DNA of 20,000 bases from Moniliella sp. 'wahieum' (taxonomy: Eukaryota): assembly GCA_003971905.1 (NCBI GenBank), contig RSEE01000017.1:796674-816673 (forward strand), given 5' to 3'. This document shows positions 1 to 13,867 of the stretch, in pieces. The position numbers and the translations under genes were made by a program. How positions within the stretch are numbered: position 1 is the stretch's first letter; each line of letters starts with the position of its first letter. The notes under the pieces are model-generated. The model did no database searches and had not been told where the DNA came from. It saw only the letters and a list, made by a program, of their open reading frames with translations.

Positions 1-48
1 TGGTTCCTTGCGCTTGGGGGCGCACTGGCTGCCCTTGGTGCTGTTTAA
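1..48 (+). CDS. Probable 3' end of a gene entering the window, ending in a hydrophobic tail (GPI signal or tail anchor)
   Basis: Frame 1 reads WFLALGGALAALGAV-TAA (46-48), followed by lower-GC UTR-like sequence. Only 15 codons are visible. Confidence 0.35.
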   Translation, partial: WFLALGGALAALGAV

Positions 49-440
49 TTTGCTTCGTTTTCCGGTCACCCGTAAAGCGTAACGTGCCTCGACCTTTGGC
101 TACCCCCCAGAACAATACACCAGTATATACCTGCACCCTGCTCCACATGCAACATGATGCCGCCAACGTTTCCTCACTAAATTGATTGACTGACCAGATC
201 TCTACCCCTGCATCCGACTCAGTCCGAAAGCAGTTTGCTCTGGCCTTGGCTTGACCGTGGGACGTAGTCCCATGTGGCTTGTGTGATGTTCGTCCACACA
301 GGAAGCAGAGCTACGCTGCTACGAATGGCAGCCCCTCCACGCCAAACCCTGTTGGAAGCGATGGCGTGCAGGAGCTGCTTACGGAGAGGTGCCCAGGGCA
401 AGGGGATGAGAAGCCTAGTGAGGCCGGTATACACTTACAC

Positions 441-825
441 TTAGTGCTTGCCCGCTGCCTTCTCGGCCTTCTCAGCGTCGGCGACGAACTTCTTGATAAA
501 GTCCTCCTCCTCACTGTTGCGTGCACGTTCACGTTAGTATGTGCGCAGGGCGGGAGCGCGGGGGGGGAAGATACGCACGTGCTGGAGGCCGAGATGACGG
601 GCTCGGTGGGGCCCGGGGCGGTACCGGCCTTGGGGCGGCTCATGAAGAAGGCGATCCCGCCGTAGAGGCCGAGGATGCCGGCGGAAAGGAGCGGCTTGGA
701 CACTTCGCGGCCTGGGGGACGGAGAGAGGACAGACGGAAGGGAGAGTCAGCAGGATGCGGGGCTGGGGCCGTGGTGGCAGCGCGCAGCAGCAAACACACG
801 AACGAGTAGGAGTAGTAGCAACCAT
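441..825 (-). CDS. ATP19: Mitochondrial ATP synthase subunit K, 3 exons
   Basis: Spliced product MVAT..(Y)SF-GREVSKPLLSAGILGLYGGIAFFMSRPKAGTAPGPTEPVISASST/EEEDFIKKFVADAEKAEKAAGKH*. One TM segment plus the ASSxEEExFIKxF tail typical of fungal Atp19. Introns 712-799 (GTGTGT..GCTGAC..CAG) and 514-578 (GTGCGT..ACTAAC..CAG, in-frame join). Exon 1 needs one indel correction. Confidence 0.75.
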
Positions 826-1212
826 GGCGAACAAGCGGGGTGGGTGAGAAGAACAGCGGCTGCCCTCGCTTCTGCCTCTTGGCGTCGCTTCTGCCTCGCT
901 CACTCGCCCCCCGCCGCGGCGTCCACAGTGCCGCCTGCCCAGCGCCCTGCTGGCGCCCCAACCCTAGCACGTGTCCGCTGACAAAACGCGTCGGCAGCGT
1001 CCGCGTCGGCTGCGCTGGCGCCTTACGTCAGGCGCTGGGCAGCAGCGGACGTTCGGCACGTGCGCCATCTGCCACTTTCAAATTCCGCGCCGTCGCGCGG
1101 TGGGTGCTGGGTGTGCTTCCTGAGCGTTAGGCCGATGCGAATGCCGAGCCCATTGCCAGTGCGAGAATGCCCGTGCGATGCTCGTGCGAATCCCAATGCG
1201 ACTGTCAGTGCG

Positions 1213-2354
1213 ATGGCCGCCACGCGCGCCGCTGCGCGTCCACCTCGCCCCCCCGCGGCTGCCCCAGCCCGGCTTTACGCCACCCAGCCACACCCGCCCA
1301 TCGAGCTGGCTACGCACAACGGCTCCTTCCATGCCGACGAGGCGCTCGCCGTCGCCCTCGTCCGCCGCCACCCACGCTTTGCTTCCCTCGCCCTCACCCG
1401 CACCCGCGACCCCGCCTTGCTGGATCGCGCAGCCCTCGTCCTGGACGTGGGGGGCGTGTACGATCCATCCACCCTGCGCTTTGACCACCACCAGCGTAGC
1501 TTCGACTCCACCTTTGACGCCGCCCATACGGTGTGGTGCGTCTCTCTTCGGCTGGCCTGTGTGGAAGTACGTCGTGTCCTCCCCCCCCCTCCCCTCTTCG
1601 CCGCGAAAACTAAATGGAAAACACTCCCAGACACTTTGGCCAAGACATCCTCGCACACAACTTTCCCCATCTGACCCCACTCGAGAGTGGAGACGGTTTG
1701 GATCAAGCTCTACGACGATGTGGTCCAATCCATTGACGCGATTGACAATGGAATCCCACGTAGCAACCCGCCTTCCCACTATTCCATTCGCACCGACCTT
1801 TCTTCTCGCATTAAGCGGCTCAACCGCGCTGGAACCAAGTGGTGACCGATGCCGAGTTGGACACCAAGTTTGCTCAGGCCAGCGCGATGGCCGGACAAGA
1901 GTTTTGGGACATGGTGGAAGACACGGTGCATTCCTGGATTCCCGCACGCGCCGTGGTACATGAAGCCATGTTGACGCGCACCAGCAAGGTACCCGGTGTC
2001 GAGGGACAGGTACTCGTGCTGCCCTGTGCGGCTCCGTGGAAACAGCACCTGTTCAATTGGGAGCGCGCTCTGGCTGTGGATCAGCCCATCCTCTATGTGC
2101 TGTACCCGGACGAACACGGCCGCTGGCGCGTACAAGCCGCCCCCGAGTCGTTAAGAGAGCTTTGCGTGTCGCAAAGCGCTGCCAAAGCCGTGGCGGGGGT
2201 TGAGAGACGATGTGATAGCCAGCGTTACTGGTATTCCGACTGCACGTTTGTTCATGCCACCGGCTTTATCGGAGGCAGCCTCACCTATGAAGGGCGGTCG
2301 CCATGGCACTTCAGGCACTGGCATGGAATCCCGAAGGGAATACATGAATACTGA
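1213..2354 (+). CDS. MYG1: MYG1 (UPF0160) metal-dependent 3'-5' exonuclease with an Arg/Ala-rich putative mitochondrial presequence
   Basis: Motifs THNGSFHADEALA, RTRDP, DVGGVYDP..RFDHHQR, LSSAGLVWK/HFG across intron 1567-1630, DAIDNG, PWKQHLF, YVLYPD..WRVQA, FVHATGFIGG. Several frameshifts, so the stop position is approximate. Confidence 0.92.
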
Positions 2355-2479
2355 TGCATAGCCAAGGCGAGCAAAGAGGGTATGGGATGCGCTTAAAACG
2401 CGTGCTTGCACTGGCGACCACTGATTGGAATGTTTGGGAACCTGTACAACCAGGTCAATGTACTAAGGACACAGAGCAA

Positions 2480-3150
2480 GCACGGCGAGGCAAACGTGCG
2501 CCCTTGCTGCGTTTGTTAGGCGATACAGCTCCTTTTCCCGCATGATCCATCCTTGTCGACCTGGCCCGCCTTGGCTTTGGTCCTCATCTCCTTGGCAAGG
2601 CGCTTCGACTCGTGCCCTGGCTCGTTGTACCATCCCCCCTTTGTGCGACGAGCCGGGGGAATGGCTTGGACCGGCTCGGCCGTCGCACGCTGGCCGGCAG
2701 CACCAACCTTTGTTCAACGCTGAGAACGAAGAGGTAGAACTTGGCTAAAGCTTCTAGAAACGCGTGTTGGCGGTGTACTCGGTCGCCTCATGCAAATACA
2801 GCTGCTCATTTAATGTAACAGGTTCTACCCATTTTCATCGCAAACAAAACAGCGTTTAACCCCTCAGTACCGTTTTCGACAGTGGAAGAAGTGCGAAAAC
2901 GTTTTGGCCGAGGCCTGGGGCCAAGCGGCGACGCCCAACCTGGACCGGTTTGTTTGCGCTTCACGGACGATGCACTGCAATTGGCCCAAGAATCCAAACC
3001 AAACTGACCAAGCACATCTCAACCGAGCAGTTCAACTCAACGGTCAGACCTGACATGTATACCGCCTTACCACAACAATACACGTTTACCATGCCACCAC
3101 ACGCACAGAGCAAGCGTAGTAGAATGCGTGCGCAAGGTGGTTTTGCAGAA
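2480..3150 (+). ncRNA. Candidate structured non-coding RNA or structured long 3' UTR (family not recognised)
   Basis: No recognisable protein ORF. Several helices: 2615-2630/2643-2658 (16 bp with 3 G-U), 2839-2848/2949-2958 (10 bp) enclosing 2871-2878/2894-2901 (8 bp) and 2904-2909/2919-2924, and 3004-3009/3042-3047. Boundaries are guesses. Confidence 0.3.
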
Positions 3151-3353
3151 TGTAGGCCTATGTGACCAGGGGAAACACGATCCTATACAAAAGGGACTGC
3201 GATGGACAGTTATGGACAGTTCCAGCATCCAGGCACGAGGGCCGATACGAGGAGAGACGACAAGGCAGAGCATAACGGAACAGAGGGAGGAAGAGCGTAA
3301 CCCGGCATGGAAACCAGAACGGGATCGAGCCCAGAATCCCAGAAAATGCCAGT

Positions 3354-3652
3354 TCACTTTCCCTTTTGGCCTTGGGGTCCCCCACCTTCGGCGGCGCGGG
3401 CAGCCTTGCCTGGAAAGAAGGTACGATGTCAGTCGAGAGAATGCCAGATGTCAGGATGCCAAAAAGGGTCGCGCAGGGCACCCGGGCGCGCGACGGACAG
3501 ACTTACAGCCATCTTTTGACGGATAATCTCCGCGTCCTGCTCGCGGCGCGGGCAAGCGAGGTGGCGGACTGCTTGGCCTTGCCCTTGTTGGCCGCTGCGG
3601 CTTTCTTCTGCGCCTTGGCCCGGTCCTGCTCACGCTGGTTGCCGCGGGTCAT
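3354..3652 (-). CDS. SERF: Small EDRK-rich factor (SERF/4F5 family), 2 exons
   Basis: MTRGNQREQDRAKAQKK is the family signature. After an indel it continues RREQDAEIIRQKMA, then intron 3410-3506 (GTAAGT..ACTGAC..CAG), then a last exon ..KAARAAEGGGPQGQKGK-TGA. Confidence 0.85.
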
Positions 3653-3860
3653 GGCGGCGGTGTGGTTGGGCAGGCAGACTAGCGGGCGGTAGAGCCTGTA
3701 GAGCACCCGCCGTGCCTCTGCGCGCCGCGAGGAGAAAATGAGGCGTTGGGGCGGAATTACATAACCCTTAGTCCCGCCTGGCCACGGCCGCCACCAGTAC
3801 CACTTCCAGTGCCATTAGATTGCAGCTTGGCTCTGCTTTGCCGCGTTGCTGCACCGCACG

Positions 3861-7066
<3,206 letters not shown>

Positions 7067-7718
7067 GACTAGACTCATCGACGTGTTAGACGTTGAGTGT
7101 CAATGCGTTAATGTCATCATGGATGCGACGCCGCCCTCTCTGTTTCGGCGACGGCACGAAGGCACAGGAGGGAGGTCCGAGTAGTACTGGCAGACAGAGG
7201 GACAGATGGCCCCACATAGCAAGGCATCGAATGGGGGAACAGAGACAGATTATACACACCACGCGCAGCGCTTTTTAGGGCCGGTACCACCGGCTACCCA
7301 TCGGGGGTGGGGGCAAGACGCCGGTTGGGGGTGGCCGGCTACGGCCCGCAGCCACAAGCGCCACGAAGCATCAATCTTCTTGCGGATGGCACTGGCCGCA
7401 GGCCTGGGCTCGCTTAGTTGCCTGGCGGTCGCCGCATCGCTGAAGCGAGAGGGAGGCAGGGCTCCAGGGCGCGCCGCTTCAGGCCCCGGCAGTGCGTCGG
7501 GCCGGTGCCCATCAGTCCTTGATTATCCGCTTCTCCGCCCTCCTCCGTATCCGTCGCCCGCCACCAGCGCTCGCCAAGTAGTAGCCACTAAGCACTTATA
7601 GTACGCTTGGGCGCATGCCTGCTCGGGCGACTGTAGCTGGCTTGGCGTGGCTCTGCCTCTTTCTGCGCCTCTGACCGCCTAGCCATCCCCCGTCCACCTG
7701 CCCCTGCCTGCCTCCCCC

Positions 7719-8924
7719 ATGGTCGTCCCCTCGTGCACGCGGCTGCCGCCTCCGCCGCTCCGCCGCCGTCGAGGGCGTGTTCATCCTCATGGCGCCCGCA
7801 CGCCCACACCTCCTTCAACGGCGCGCTGGCCAAAGCCACCGCGCCCCAGCTCGCCGCCAAAGCGATCCAGGCCGCCGTCGAACGCGCTGGCGTGGCCGCC
7901 AAGATGTGGAAGAGGCCTTGATTGGCAATGTGGTGCAGGCTCGCTGGCCAAGCTCCGGCCCGCCAAGCAGTGTGGCTGCTGGCTTGCCCGCCTCGACCGA
8001 AGCGACGACGATCAACAAGGTGTGTGCGTCGGGGCTGAAAAGCGTGGGCGTTGATGGCGTCGCAACTGGCTTGGGCCATCGTGCCCTGGGCATTGCAGGT
8101 GGCATGGAGTCCATGTCCAATGCCCCGTTTTATGTCAAGCGCGGCGCGCCTCGGGCTTTGGCCATGGCCATCTCACCGACTCGTTGGTGCAGACGGATTG
8201 TTGACGTGTACAATAAGGTCATGATGGGCGTCTGTGCTGAAAAGACAGCGGCCGACCTGAAGATTGGACGGGAGGCACAGGACGATTACGCACTCAGTCG
8301 TATCGCCGTGCCGCTGAAGCCTGGGCTAACGAGAGTGTTTGATGCCGAGCTTGCACCCGTGACGATTACCGACAGCGCAAGGGCGACCAGATCGTCCGTC
8401 GGACGAAGGGTTTGAGAATGCCAACGAGGCCAAGATCCGTGCCTGAAACCTGTCTTCCAAAAAGATGGCACGGTGACCGCCGCCAACGCCTCGAGCTTGG
8501 CCGATGGAGCGAGCGCACTGTTGTTGGCTATGAGAGCGCGGTGGACCAAAAATCGTACAAGCCTCTAGCTCGCATCCTCTCCTTTGCCGACCACGCGCTC
8601 TGGCCCCGATGGACTTTGGCATTGCCCCCGCTGGGGCAATTAACAAGGCGCTGGCCCGCGCCGGGCTTACCAAGGAGGATATTGCCTTGTTTCGAGATCA
8701 ACGAGGCGTTTGCCGTTGTACCGCTGGCTAACATCCAGCTCCTTGGCCTGGACCCCGCCAAGGTCAACGTCTTGGGCGGCGGGGGGTCTGGGCCACCGAT
8801 TGGCAGCTCGGGCAGCCGAATCCTCGTCACGCTCCTCCACGCCCTCAAGCCGGGCCAAAAGGGGGTCGCGGCAGTGTGCAACGGAGGCGGCGCGGCCACT
8901 GCTTTGGTAGTGGAGAAGCTTTGA
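7719..8924 (+). CDS. ERG10: Acetyl-CoA C-acetyltransferase (thiolase II, ERG10/ACAT1 type); true start probably in an upstream exon near 7520-7600
   Basis: ARTP..SFNG, EALIGNVVQA, TTINKVCASGLKS (catalytic Cys), AGGMESMSNAPFY, LKPVFQKDGTVTAANASSLADGASAL, FEINEAF, KVNVLGG..PIGSSGSRILVTL, VCNGGGAATA. Probable intron 7601-7682. Confidence 0.9.
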
Positions 8925-9032
8925 GCAGGCTGTCTCGAACGGAGGAGGGTCGGCGGGCACGTTGTCAGCTACTAAGTATGCGCCGACATGATCCGCTGTA
9001 ACAGGCTATGGCTCGAGGAGACGAGAAATGGC

Positions 9033-9068
9033 TGTGTGTGTGTGTATGTGTGTGTATGTGTATGTGTG
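9033..9068. repeat. Interrupted (TG)n microsatellite
   Basis: tgtgtgtgtgtgtatgtgtgtgtatgtgtatgtgtg about 110 bp after the thiolase stop. Confidence 0.9.
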
Positions 9069-9523
9069 CGACGGAGGGCCTGCGACGGAAGCAACAAAAG
9101 CGATCCCCTGCGGTGCCCCGATGTTAGATGCCGGAACACAGAACCCGAGATTAGGCAAAAAAGCAGCGTGCTTGCGTTCCCCCTTTCCCACTGCAACCTG
9201 CAACCTGCGCCTCCCCACCGAATCAGTGAATAGTGATATTGAGCCTAGAGTAGGGCTGAGATGGCCTGGTTTTCTTTCTAATGGCGAGTGCACGCATGCG
9301 CTGTCCTTGGGTTGTCCCAATAGCTTTGTCCTTCAGTAGCATCATTCATTGCCCCCTCGCCCAGCTCCACCCAGCTCTGGTCCAAGCCGCCACGCCCGTC
9401 TTGGTCCACCTGTCCTCTGCGGTGATGCTGTTGGGGGAGGCGACCCGCCGCGGCTCTGGCTGCTCTGGCTGCCCAGACCCCGCTGTTCCAGCGCGCGCGC
9501 TCACGTCCGCCGCTCTCTCCTCC

Positions 9524-11268
9524 TCATTCCTCCTCTTTCAACGCCGACGACGGAGCAGAGCGCAGCACCTCGTCTCCGTCGGCACTGCTGCCCGTCTCTA
9601 GGACGAGGGACATCCAAGTCGGCCGAACCGGGGCCCGAGGGGACCGGTGCAGGCCCCGACGCTGCGCCCTGCCGGGAAAAGTTAACTTGGTACCCTTGTA
9701 CTCGCTCCACCCCATTGTCCCGTTGACCAGCGCCGAGTGGGACGGTGTACGCCGTGGTCCCTCTTGCCCCGCCCCATGACGGCGCCGGCGCCGGCGCCCC
9801 GACAGAGGCAAGCGCGTCTGGATCTGCCGGATAAAGTCGAAAGGCGCTGGTACAATGCCTCGATCCACGCCACCACAGGTTGCGGCAGCTTGGCCGCGAC
9901 CGCAAGGCGAGCCTGGCTCCACGCTTGCCACAGCGGCTCAACGTCCCGCCCACACTGGGATCCCGGAGGCTCACCCGCATCCGTGGCCGCAAGGGCCGCT
10001 CGGCATCCGAGGCAAGAATCAGGTCCAACACGGTATCCGTCACGCGGTGGCTTAGCGGCTCCTTGTCCGTCCAGGTCGCCTTGGCGTCCGGCGGGCAAGG
10101 AGAGGACAGTGAAGCGCAACAGGCGTACGGCTTGAGCGTTGGCTTGGGCCGAGGCACGTTCCGAAGCTGACTGGCGCAACGTCGAGGCCGCACTCGTCGC
10201 GCCCTCGGCTACCAAACGGGCCACATTGCCCGACGCAGTGTGCGCCGCCGCGCCATCAATCAGGGTGAGAACAGTGAGCGGCGTCAAGTATTCTGGGTTT
10301 TGCGTGTAAATCCGTTGAGGTCCCAAGCGCAGTTCGGGAGCAACGCCGAAATCGCCGCGACGGGCGCGGTCACATGAGCACTGAGCGTACGCTGCAGCGA
10401 TGCGCCGGCACTGGCGGCCGAAGTGGCCAGGTTGGCCATGCTGCCCTCCTCGGCGGTCGGAGACGAGGCGGACATGTACGACAAGGCATTCACAATGCCA
10501 ATCAGGATCACCCCATCGCCGGGCGCGCAAACGGGTCGCCCGACGCATGGAGCGGGAACCGAAGCGCCAAGGCCGACTTGACATCCGCCACAAACCCATC
10601 CACCACCGACCGGCAGCGACGCCAGATCAAAGTGCCGCACCGCCACATACCCACGACTGGAAGGCAACAGCTGCGTGTCCAGGCTGCGGAAACTGGCGGG
10701 ATTGCTGACGGCCGCAATGACGATCAGGCCCTCGGAGGTTAAACTGGTGACGAGCGCACGCCCCAGCGGGGTGTCGGCACCCAGGACGATGACGGCCTCG
10801 CGGCGAATGCCATTGCGTACGCGGGCAGGGCGACGACAGGCGCACAGCACGACCGCACAGACGGTTCGCCACGGCCCGGGTGGCGTCGGGGCAACATAGT
10901 GGCAGGCGAGGCCGAGACCGACCGAGGTGGCGGCTGCGCCGGCAACGAGGGCCAAGGGTGGTCCCTGGCCCAGCCGAGCGGGGCAGATAGCAGTGTCGGC
11001 GGGGGCGGGGGCGGGGGCGGGGCGGGGGGAGGGTGGAGGGAGAAGCTTGCCCTGGAGCGTGTGGAGCCCCTCCTGGACGCTGTCGGGCCGGGGCGGTAGC
11101 GGGCGAGCTCGTCGGCGAGGGTGTGGTAGTACGACTGGGCCGTGTCGGCGACGTGCTGCGGGAGGTCGCGCTGTGGTGGTGGTGGTGGGGGGGTCAGCAG
11201 CAGGTGGTGTGGGAGGGGGGGGGGCGTACCAGACTGTCGGGCCAGTGGGCGTCGAGCCACTGCTCCAT
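9524..11268 (-). CDS. DUF1776-like fungal protein (degenerate SDR/Rossmann fold after a Pro-rich linker and TM segment)
   Basis: MEQWLDAHWPDSL, in-frame intron 11171-11229, RDLPQH.., poly-Pro, hydrophobic segment, then RREAVIVLGADTPLGRALVTSLTSEGLIVIAAVS, which matches my recollection of DUF1776 proteins. C-terminal end uncertain because of frameshifts. Confidence 0.65.
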
Positions 11269-11563
11269 GTCGGCTATACTCGCATGGCGGCGGCGAGGCA
11301 GGCAGCGGTGGCGGCGGGCTGGTCTGGAAATATGCACTGGGCCTGCGGATGGCGTCGCTGCAACCCGTGTTCCGCTGCGCCTGCGCGCTGGCTTCCGCTG
11401 CGCTGACGTCATGCGTCAAGCGGCTGCTGTGCGCTGGCTTGCGCGCCGATCGAGCGGCGTGGGGACGACTGAATCACTCCGGATGCGGGGCGGTGCTGCG
11501 GGCTGGCCGCTGCTGCCGCCCCCCGCCCCCACCGCCGCCCGCAGCAGCCCCCCCACCGCAGCC

Positions 11564-13268
11564 ATGGCGTCGCACCCGCCGCTGCGCGTGCAGATCGGCA
11601 CCTTCAACTACAACCTCCGCGGCGACCCGCACCGCGCCACACCCGACCTCCGCCAATGGCTCGTGCCCTCCTGCGCCGAGGGCGACACGCGCTACGCCAC
11701 CGCCCACGGCCCGTCCCCGCCCCCCAGGGCGCGACCCGCGAGTCGCCGACATCTACGCCGTCGGCTTCCAGGAGCACCTCCCCCTCCACATTGGCCTCTC
11801 CGGCAGCGGCCCCGGCACCCTATGTCCCCTTGTCCGCGGCGCCGAGAGCATCCTCGACCATACCGACCTCGAGATTCGCCGCGCCATCCGTCCCCACGCT
11901 GCCGTCGTCAGCCCCGGCGGCCTGTATCCCGACAAGGGCGGCCCAGAGAACTACACCCTCCTCGCCCGCATCAACATGGCCGGCATTTCCCTCTTTGTCT
12001 ATGGCCGCGACCGCAGTGGCATCCCCGACCGCGTCAAGGAGGTCCGTGCCAACCAGGTCGGCACTGGCATCTTCAACCTCCTCGGCAACAAGGGCGCCGT
12101 CGGCATTCGTCTTGTTCTTGGCCCGCCCGGTGCGACGGCAGACAAGCCCGGGGAGGAGCAGGTTCTGACCTTTGTATGTGCCCATCTGGCCGCACACGAT
12201 CACAATGTCGCCAGACGGGGTCAGGACTTTGCCAACATTGTTTCCCGCTTGGCCTTCCCTCCCGACAAGGTGCTGCCGATTCCCCTGGCGTCCTCTGCCC
12301 CACGGGCATGGCGACCAACCTGCCAGCTTTGACGAGCTCAAGCGCAGTATGCTCAGCAGACCAGTGGGCCCAAGCAGCGCCCGGCACAAGCGTTGGACCC
12401 AACACGTACTCTATGTACGACAGCTCAGCGTATTCTTCTTTGGGGACCTCAACTACCGCATCCATCGCCGTCGACACCCCCGCCAAGCCCGGATCCAAGT
12501 TGCCCACCACGGCCAAGCTCGTTCCCACCCAAGTGGTGGAGGAAGTGCACAAGAGCAACTGGCCCCTCTTGGCAAACTACGACCAACTGTCGATCGAGCG
12601 TTTATCTGGGCGCGTTCTGCAAGGCCTCACCGAACTCCCCACTGGACCAATTCCAGTTTGGTCCCACGTACAAGTACAAGATTTTTGAGGCCCCCGCCAT
12701 GCCACCTGGATCCAAGCCCTTTGTCCCAACCCTGGAACAGACCCGTCAACTCTCCTCCAAGCGCATCCCTGCTGGTGCGACCGGATCCTCTGGAGGTCCT
12801 GGGCCGATGGAGACCAGACAGCGCCCCTTGAGGGACCGGGTGCAAGCAAGGTGGAGCTCCACAGGAGCATCATGAGCTACACTGTATGTCTGCTGCCATT
12901 TGCCTTTTTCGACTGATTTGAGCTAATCCGCTAACCCCCCCCCCCCCCCCCTGCCAGTATTCCGATCACAAACCCGTCACCACTATCCTCACCTTGCCTC
13001 CCATCCCGGCGGGCCAACGGCGCGGATTACGTTCCCCGCTCCGTACGCCTGGACCCGCAGTGGCGCATCAAGCAAACCATTGGTCTGGCCCTGGACCGTT
13101 TCGTCGGCTACCTGGTCGCTGCTCCTTTCCGCCGGATACGGCAGCTTGGTGGGCGGGCCTGTTCGAATGTGTGGCGGTGGCCGTGTTGGGCTTCTGGTTC
13201 GTCCAACGGGTGGCCAGGGCGGGAACGACTTGGTCTACTGGTTGCTCAGTACCATTGGTTGGTCTTGA
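11564..13268 (+). CDS. Inositol polyphosphate 5-phosphatase with C-terminal hydrophobic anchor (Inp54-like)
   Basis: VQIGTFNYN, DIYAVGFQE, LLGNKGAVGIRL, FVCAHLAAH, FFFGDLNYRI, DQL, FGPTYKY, KRIP.WCDRILW, then YSDHKPV after intron 12884-12957, and a hydrophobic tail ending ..LVYWLLSTIGWS*. Confidence 0.9.
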
Positions 13269-13867
13269 CCGTCGTTGCTTCCCGGCCCTGGCACGAATCG
13301 CGACTCCCCATCCCAGGAGCGAAAGAATGGATGGTAATCGACGAAACGACGCGGGAGAATTGCCAAGGTGGTGAGACGGAGGGAAAGTGAGTAACAGGGG
13401 TACTGCAAAGCGAGTTTCTATTGACAGTGCTACGTGCTCAGCGTTGCTGGCTGATGCTGGTTGGAGGATGGTGGGAGTGGACGGAAAGATGACCATAGAC
13501 ACGAGGGAGTGTTCCCCAAACCGGTTGGTGGGAAACATTGTACAGAACGGTAAAAAAGACGGCGGTACTGCAAAGCATAACGATTGCAATGGCAATGGCA
13601 ATCTGGCCCGCGGTTCTCTAACTCGCTTCATAATGCAGGTTTTCAAGCTGTTGGGGCTTTGGAGACACGCCCGTTCCCATCGTGCCCCTGGTCTCATAAT
13701 CTTGCTCATGCTCCCACTCCCACCCTAACCACCAGGGCCGTCACTCTCCTGGCACGTTGTCTGGCCACTACCCCCTTCGTCCAACTGCACCAAACCTGGT
13801 CCAAACACGTGTCATATGCAATGCCCCAAAAAGCCCTGGCCGGATCCTCCATCCACTGTGCGCGAGC

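Noticed and set aside
986..2765. Three AAACGCGT (MCB-like) sites with ACGCGT at 986, 2398 and 2760
   Set aside because: Two lie outside any known promoter and short CG-rich words are common here; unsupported without enrichment data.
2856..2866. TTAACCCCTCA as a telomerase RNA template; also TAACCCT-like hits near 3762, 13722, 16803 and 17321
   Set aside because: None gives the ~1.5-repeat TAACCCTAA template needed for TTAGGG in a convincing context; some are branch points or coding sequence.
7206..7601. 131-aa ORF or antisense ORF between PRP2 and the thiolase
   Set aside because: No recognisable domain; consistent with UTR/promoter sequence plus the thiolase leader exon.
9225..9340. GTGAT..CTGA as a C/D snoRNA, or GGCTGAGA as a TPP riboswitch
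   Set aside because: No full RTGATGA box C or terminal stem, and no downstream TPP consensus (CTTGAT..GGATAAT..AGCG).
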